The notes beneath the pieces are model-generated. The model worked only from the letters and a program-made list of their open reading frames with translations, had not been told where the DNA came from and searched no databases. Made by a program: the position numbers and the translations under genes. Shown in pieces: positions 59,845 to 64,000 of a DNA stretch of 64,000 nt. How positions within the stretch are numbered: position 1 is the first letter of the stretch; every line of letters begins with the position of its first letter. The stretch covers positions 64,001 through 128,000 of the forward strand of contig CAWABA010000005.1 in NCBI GenBank assembly GCA_963780185.1, given 5' to 3'. Source of the DNA: Candidatus Bathyarchaeota archaeon (lineage in GTDB: Archaea > Thermoproteota > Bathyarchaeia > Bathyarchaeales > Bathycorpusculaceae).

Positions 59845-61272
59845 ATGCCTGGAAGATTTCTCAGTCTCTTCAAGCCGATTGGACGAGTTCTACCCGAAAT
59901 CAAGAAGCCTGAGAGAAAAGTAAGCTTCAACGAGAAAATCTTCTGGACAGGTCTCACCTTAGTTATTTTCCTTGTAATGTCCCAGATCCCACTTTACGGG
60001 ATTTCATCATCCGTTTCCTCTTCATTTAGTCAACTACGAGTAATCTTTGCCTCTAACAACGGAACCCTAATGCAGTTAGGCATCGGACCAATCGTCACAG
60101 CTGGCTTAATTCTCCAGTTGCTTGCAGGTTCCTCAATTATCCAATGCGACATGTCAAACTCTGAGGACCGCGGCTTATTCACTTCCGCCAGCAAAGTGTT
60201 CAGCATCCTCCTCACAGGCATCCAAGCCGCAGCATACATCATAAGCGGCATGTTCGGGTCACTCACAGGCTCAACAGCGCTAATAATCTTCTTCCAACTT
60301 CTCGCAGCCGGACTCATGGTCATGCTTATGGATGAACTTATCCAGAAAGGCTGGGGTCTAGGCAGCGGAATCAGCCTCTTCATCATGGCAGGAGTAGCCC
60401 AATCAGTAGTTTGGGACATGTTTTCGCCGGCAACAGGATTGTTCATCGGATCACTCAACGCATACCTAAACCACGGTATCTCACTGGTAACTTGGATAGT
60501 TGGTCTTCGCTCCGGCGTGTACCCATCTTTACTAGGGTTCTTCGCCACCGTAGCAGCGTTCTTAATAGTTATCTATCTTAACGGAGTAAGAATTGAGCTT
60601 CCGATGAGTTACGCAGGCTACAAGGGATTCCGAAGTAGATACCCAATTAAACTGCTGTACGTGTCTAACCTGCCAGTTATCTTTGCGTCAGCGTTGTTCG
60701 CCAACGTTTACTTCTTCACACAACTGCTCTGGAGCCAAATGGGCAGCCCTCAACCTTCAGCACACAATCTCCTCTTCACGATAATAGGACAGTTTAACAC
60801 GACAGTTTCAAGTACCGGTGCCGCAAACGTTGCACCCGTAGGCGGACTCGCATACTTAGTGACCGCGCCAGCTAACATTCAACAGGTTGCCCTTGACCCC
60901 ATAAGAGCCGCTTGCTACCTAGGCATCCTCGTCGCCTTCTGCGCTGTCTTCTCCCTAATTTGGCTCGAAGTCGGCGGCTTAGGCCCAGCAAAAGTTGCGC
61001 AGCAACTCATGGATTCAGGCATGCAGATCCCAGGCTACCGCAGATCAGGAAGACCCATCGAAGCCGTCCTTAAACGTTACATCCCCGTAGTCACGGTACT
61101 CGGAGGCATCATCGTCGGACTCGTAGCGGCAAGCGCAGACTTCTTCGGCACCTTCGGAACGGGAACAGGCATATTGCTGTCAGTAGGCATCATCTACCAA
61201 TACTACGAACTGCTAATGCAAGAACGTGCCGCAGAAATGTACCCAGCCTTCAGAAGAATCCTAGGCGAATAG
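59845..61272 (+). CDS. secY: Preprotein translocase SecY/Sec61 alpha
   Basis: LGIGPIVTAG, KGWGLGSGISLFI, YPIKLLYVSNLP, GTGILL. Confidence 0.97.
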   Translation: MPGRFLSLFKPIGRVLPEIKKPERKVSFNEKIFWTGLTLVIFLVMSQIPLYGISSSVSSSFSQLRVIFASNNGTLMQLGIGPIVTAGLILQLLAGSSIIQCDMSNSEDRGLFTSASKVFSILLTGIQAAAYIISGMFGSLTGSTALIIFFQLLAAGLMVMLMDELIQKGWGLGSGISLFIMAGVAQSVVWDMFSPATGLFIGSLNAYLNHGISLVTWIVGLRSGVYPSLLGFFATVAAFLIVIYLNGVRIELPMSYAGYKGFRSRYPIKLLYVSNLPVIFASALFANVYFFTQLLWSQMGSPQPSAHNLLFTIIGQFNTTVSSTGAANVAPVGGLAYLVTAPANIQQVALDPIRAACYLGILVAFCAVFSLIWLEVGGLGPAKVAQQLMDSGMQIPGYRRSGRPIEAVLKRYIPVVTVLGGIIVGLVAASADFFGTFGTGTGILLSVGIIYQYYELLMQERAAEMYPAFRRILGE

Positions 61273-61450
61273 CATAATTTCGTTGTCTAACAAGGCTTTT
61301 CTTCTATTTTCCTAATTCTTGTTTTCTTAAATTGCTGTGACCGATGTTAATTTTGGGGTTTTAACACAAATCTTATAAGTGCTTTTTGCTAAGAGAAAGG
61401 TCAGAGCAAGGGCTCGATACTTTTGCTCAAAAAAGGAGAGAAAAGAAAAA

Positions 61451-64000
61451 ATGAATGTTTTTAAAAATAAAATAGCTATTGCAATCGCCACATTCTTAAT
61501 AATTCTGATGTTAACTCCAATGCTTATGGTACCTTCTGCTAGCGCACATACACCTGCATGGCAAATCACCACTTACGCGTGGTGTGCCGCTGCACCAAAT
61601 CCCTGCGGGGTCGGTCAGACAATGCTGATTTACGGGTGGCTTGACTTGGTAATACAAGGAGCACTTCTGGTCAACAACATTAGATTCCAAAACTATCAAT
61701 TCACGATTACAGAGCCCAACGGACAAAACGTAACAAAGACGTTTCCCACAGTCGTCGACTCAACATCATCACAATACTTCAGCTTCGTACCTGACCAAAC
61801 TGGAATCTACACAGTATACTTCAATTTCCCAGGCCAAGTCTACAATTACGGCGGCGCCTACCAAGGCGACTACTACACACCAGCCAGCGCAACAACAACA
61901 TTCACAGTCCAACAGAACCCAATCCCATCAATCTCAGCACCCCCGCTTCCAACTGCCTACTGGACCAGACCAATATACGCAACAAATGACTTAATGTCAA
62001 ACATTGCCTCAAACTGGCTCGGCGGCGCAGCCGTAGCTAATTCCTGGCAACAAAACGGAGCAGCACCCAACAGCGCCCACATAATGTGGACAAAACCCCT
62101 TGAATACGGCGGCTTAACAGGCAACAGCGTAACTCAAGCAGGCAACACAGCATTAGCAAACGATACAATACCCACGTTCTACTCAGGATTCTCATACAAC
62201 ACCCGATTCAATAGTCCAATGATTGTTGCAGGAGTCCTTTACTATCAAGAACCCAACGGAGAAGCTGGTTCAGGCGGACCCGAAGTTGCAGTTGACCTAA
62301 CTACAGGACAAACACTTTGGACTAGCACAACACTATACCCAACTAAAGCACAAATGGTCGACATCCAGATACCGAACCAAGAAGGAGTCGTCGGAGCCAT
62401 CTTATGGGTAACCGTCGGCACCACATGGGAGGCATTCAACGCTTTCACTCAGCAGTTCATGTTCAACCTAACAGGTGTTCCTTCAGGCACAGAAGTTTAC
62501 GACAACCAAGGCAACATACTGCGTTACGTCCTTAGCTACAGCACAACCACAAAATCCGGGTGGCTCGCATTATGGAACGACACCGCAGCAATGACAAGCC
62601 CGCTTAATGGTGCACCTGCAGGTTCAGCAGTCGCAGGCATCGCGTTCTTCCCAGTACCCAACGCTGCAGGATTCCAAATCAACGCAAGCGCACCTTACGC
62701 CTATTCATACAACGTAAGCGTCACAGCCAACTTAGTTGCAAACATTTCGCCAACCATCGTCGGGGTTATTCCTAACCAAGTAATCCTCGGATACAGCAGT
62801 GCTGTCGGCTTAACTTCGCAAGCGGCACCGAACACAAATCCATGGACAGTTTGGGCTCTAAGCGACGTACCAGGACAACAAGGACAACTCTTATGGCGTC
62901 AGGATTACCCAGCACCGCCCGGCAACCTCACTGAAATGATGGCGACACAGCCAATCGACCCAGTTACCAACGAGTGGACCATGACTTACTTTGAAACTGG
63001 ACAACGACTTGCCTACAGCCTAGCAACCGGAAAGCTAGTTTGGGGACCAAGTGCACAATCGCAATACGGATTCCAATACTACAGCGCAAGATCAGGACTG
63101 CCCGCATACGGCAACCTCTACGTATCAGGGTACGGAGGCGTAGTCTTCTGCTACTCAATGCTCAACGGCACACTGCTATGGACTTACGGCAACGGCGGAG
63201 AAGGCAACACCACCAACATGGGCAACAACGGACCATGGGGACTTTACCCAACACACGTCGCAGCTTTCGCCGATGGAAAAGTCTACACCATGTCAGGTGA
63301 ACACTCACCGAACACACCTCTCTACAAAGGAGAACTAGCTCGCTGTCTTGATGCCTTCACAGGAAAAGAAATCTGGACACTCTCAGACTGGTCAGCATCA
63401 GGACTCGGCACTTCTATGGCTCCAGTGGCAATTGCTGACGGATACTACACATTTGCCAACGCCTACGATGGCCAAGTGTATTGTGTCGGCAAAGGTCCAA
63501 GCGCCACAACCGTAAACGTGCAAGACAATGTTATCTCACTGGGAAGCAGCGTACTAATACAGGGCACAGTCATGGACATATCTGCAGGCACAAAACAAGC
63601 CACAGTAGCAGCCGATTTCCCGAAGGGCGTTCCCGCAGTATCAGACAACTTTATGGGCTTATGGATGTCCTACGTTTACCAGCAGCAGCCACGGCCAAAT
63701 AACGCAACCGGAGTAACCGTTAACTTGACAGTTTTCGACCCTAACAACAACACAGTAAACATCGGACAAGTAACCAGCGGCTCAAACGGCATGTTCACCA
63801 AAGCATACACACCCGACGTCCCAGGAGTCTACACCATCTACGCAACCTTCAGCGGCACAAACTCGTACTACTCATCATACTCAGAAACCTCAATCAACGT
63901 CGGACCCGCACCAGCAACAACCGCACCAACAGCCACACCGATGGGCAACGTAGCTACACAAACCACGCTCGAATACGGACTCGTCGCAATCATAGTCGTC
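61451..64000 (+). CDS. PQQ-like beta-propeller surface protein, runs off window end (missing from ORF track)
   Basis: Open from ATG 61451: signal peptide, HTPAW, APNPCGVGQ, PLPTAYWTRPI, APNSAHIMWTKP, YCVGKGPSAT, GVPAVSD, start of C-terminal TM. Confidence 0.88.
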   Translation, partial: MNVFKNKIAIAIATFLIILMLTPMLMVPSASAHTPAWQITTYAWCAAAPNPCGVGQTMLIYGWLDLVIQGALLVNNIRFQNYQFTITEPNGQNVTKTFPTVVDSTSSQYFSFVPDQTGIYTVYFNFPGQVYNYGGAYQGDYYTPASATTTFTVQQNPIPSISAPPLPTAYWTRPIYATNDLMSNIASNWLGGAAVANSWQQNGAAPNSAHIMWTKPLEYGGLTGNSVTQAGNTALANDTIPTFYSGFSYNTRFNSPMIVAGVLYYQEPNGEAGSGGPEVAVDLTTGQTLWTSTTLYPTKAQMVDIQIPNQEGVVGAILWVTVGTTWEAFNAFTQQFMFNLTGVPSGTEVYDNQGNILRYVLSYSTTTKSGWLALWNDTAAMTSPLNGAPAGSAVAGIAFFPVPNAAGFQINASAPYAYSYNVSVTANLVANISPTIVGVIPNQVILGYSSAVGLTSQAAPNTNPWTVWALSDVPGQQGQLLWRQDYPAPPGNLTEMMATQPIDPVTNEWTMTYFETGQRLAYSLATGKLVWGPSAQSQYGFQYYSARSGLPAYGNLYVSGYGGVVFCYSMLNGTLLWTYGNGGEGNTTNMGNNGPWGLYPTHVAAFADGKVYTMSGEHSPNTPLYKGELARCLDAFTGKEIWTLSDWSASGLGTSMAPVAIADGYYTFANAYDGQVYCVGKGPSATTVNVQDNVISLGSSVLIQGTVMDISAGTKQATVAADFPKGVPAVSDNFMGLWMSYVYQQQPRPNNATGVTVNLTVFDPNNNTVNIGQVTSGSNGMFTKAYTPDVPGVYTIYATFSGTNSYYSSYSETSINVGPAPATTAPTATPMGNVATQTTLEYGLVAIIVV

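Noticed and set aside
1-64000. CRISPR array or IS element
   Set aside because: No regularly spaced 25-40 nt repeats, cas genes or transposase ORFs noticed.

Overview
Archaeal chromosome segment. The archaeal ribosomal proteins (S4e, L32e, L19e, Rnp1), frequent TTG starts, FtsX-type permease and PQQ-like beta-propeller surface protein suggest Bathyarchaeia (inference). In order it holds: pncB (partial), ABC transporters, uppP, an mntH/DtxR-family locus with five TTAGG-N4-CCTAA operators, an SplB-like radical SAM + dinB pair, a glycosylation cluster, a complete hoxEFUYH group 3d hydrogenase, an intron-containing tRNA-Met followed by a decayed ~3.4 kb integrated island, accessory genes, hypFCD/hypE (hypF and hypE frameshifted), decayed DNA, and the rpl22-rpl30 block. 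A ~5.3 kb insertion separates rpl30 from hsp20-rpl15-secY. It carries an intact but orphan terminase small/large subunit pair and an unidentified GC-rich structured RNA candidate. No CRISPR array, rRNA, integrase or transposase was seen. All calls come from motif recognition by eye, not database searches.
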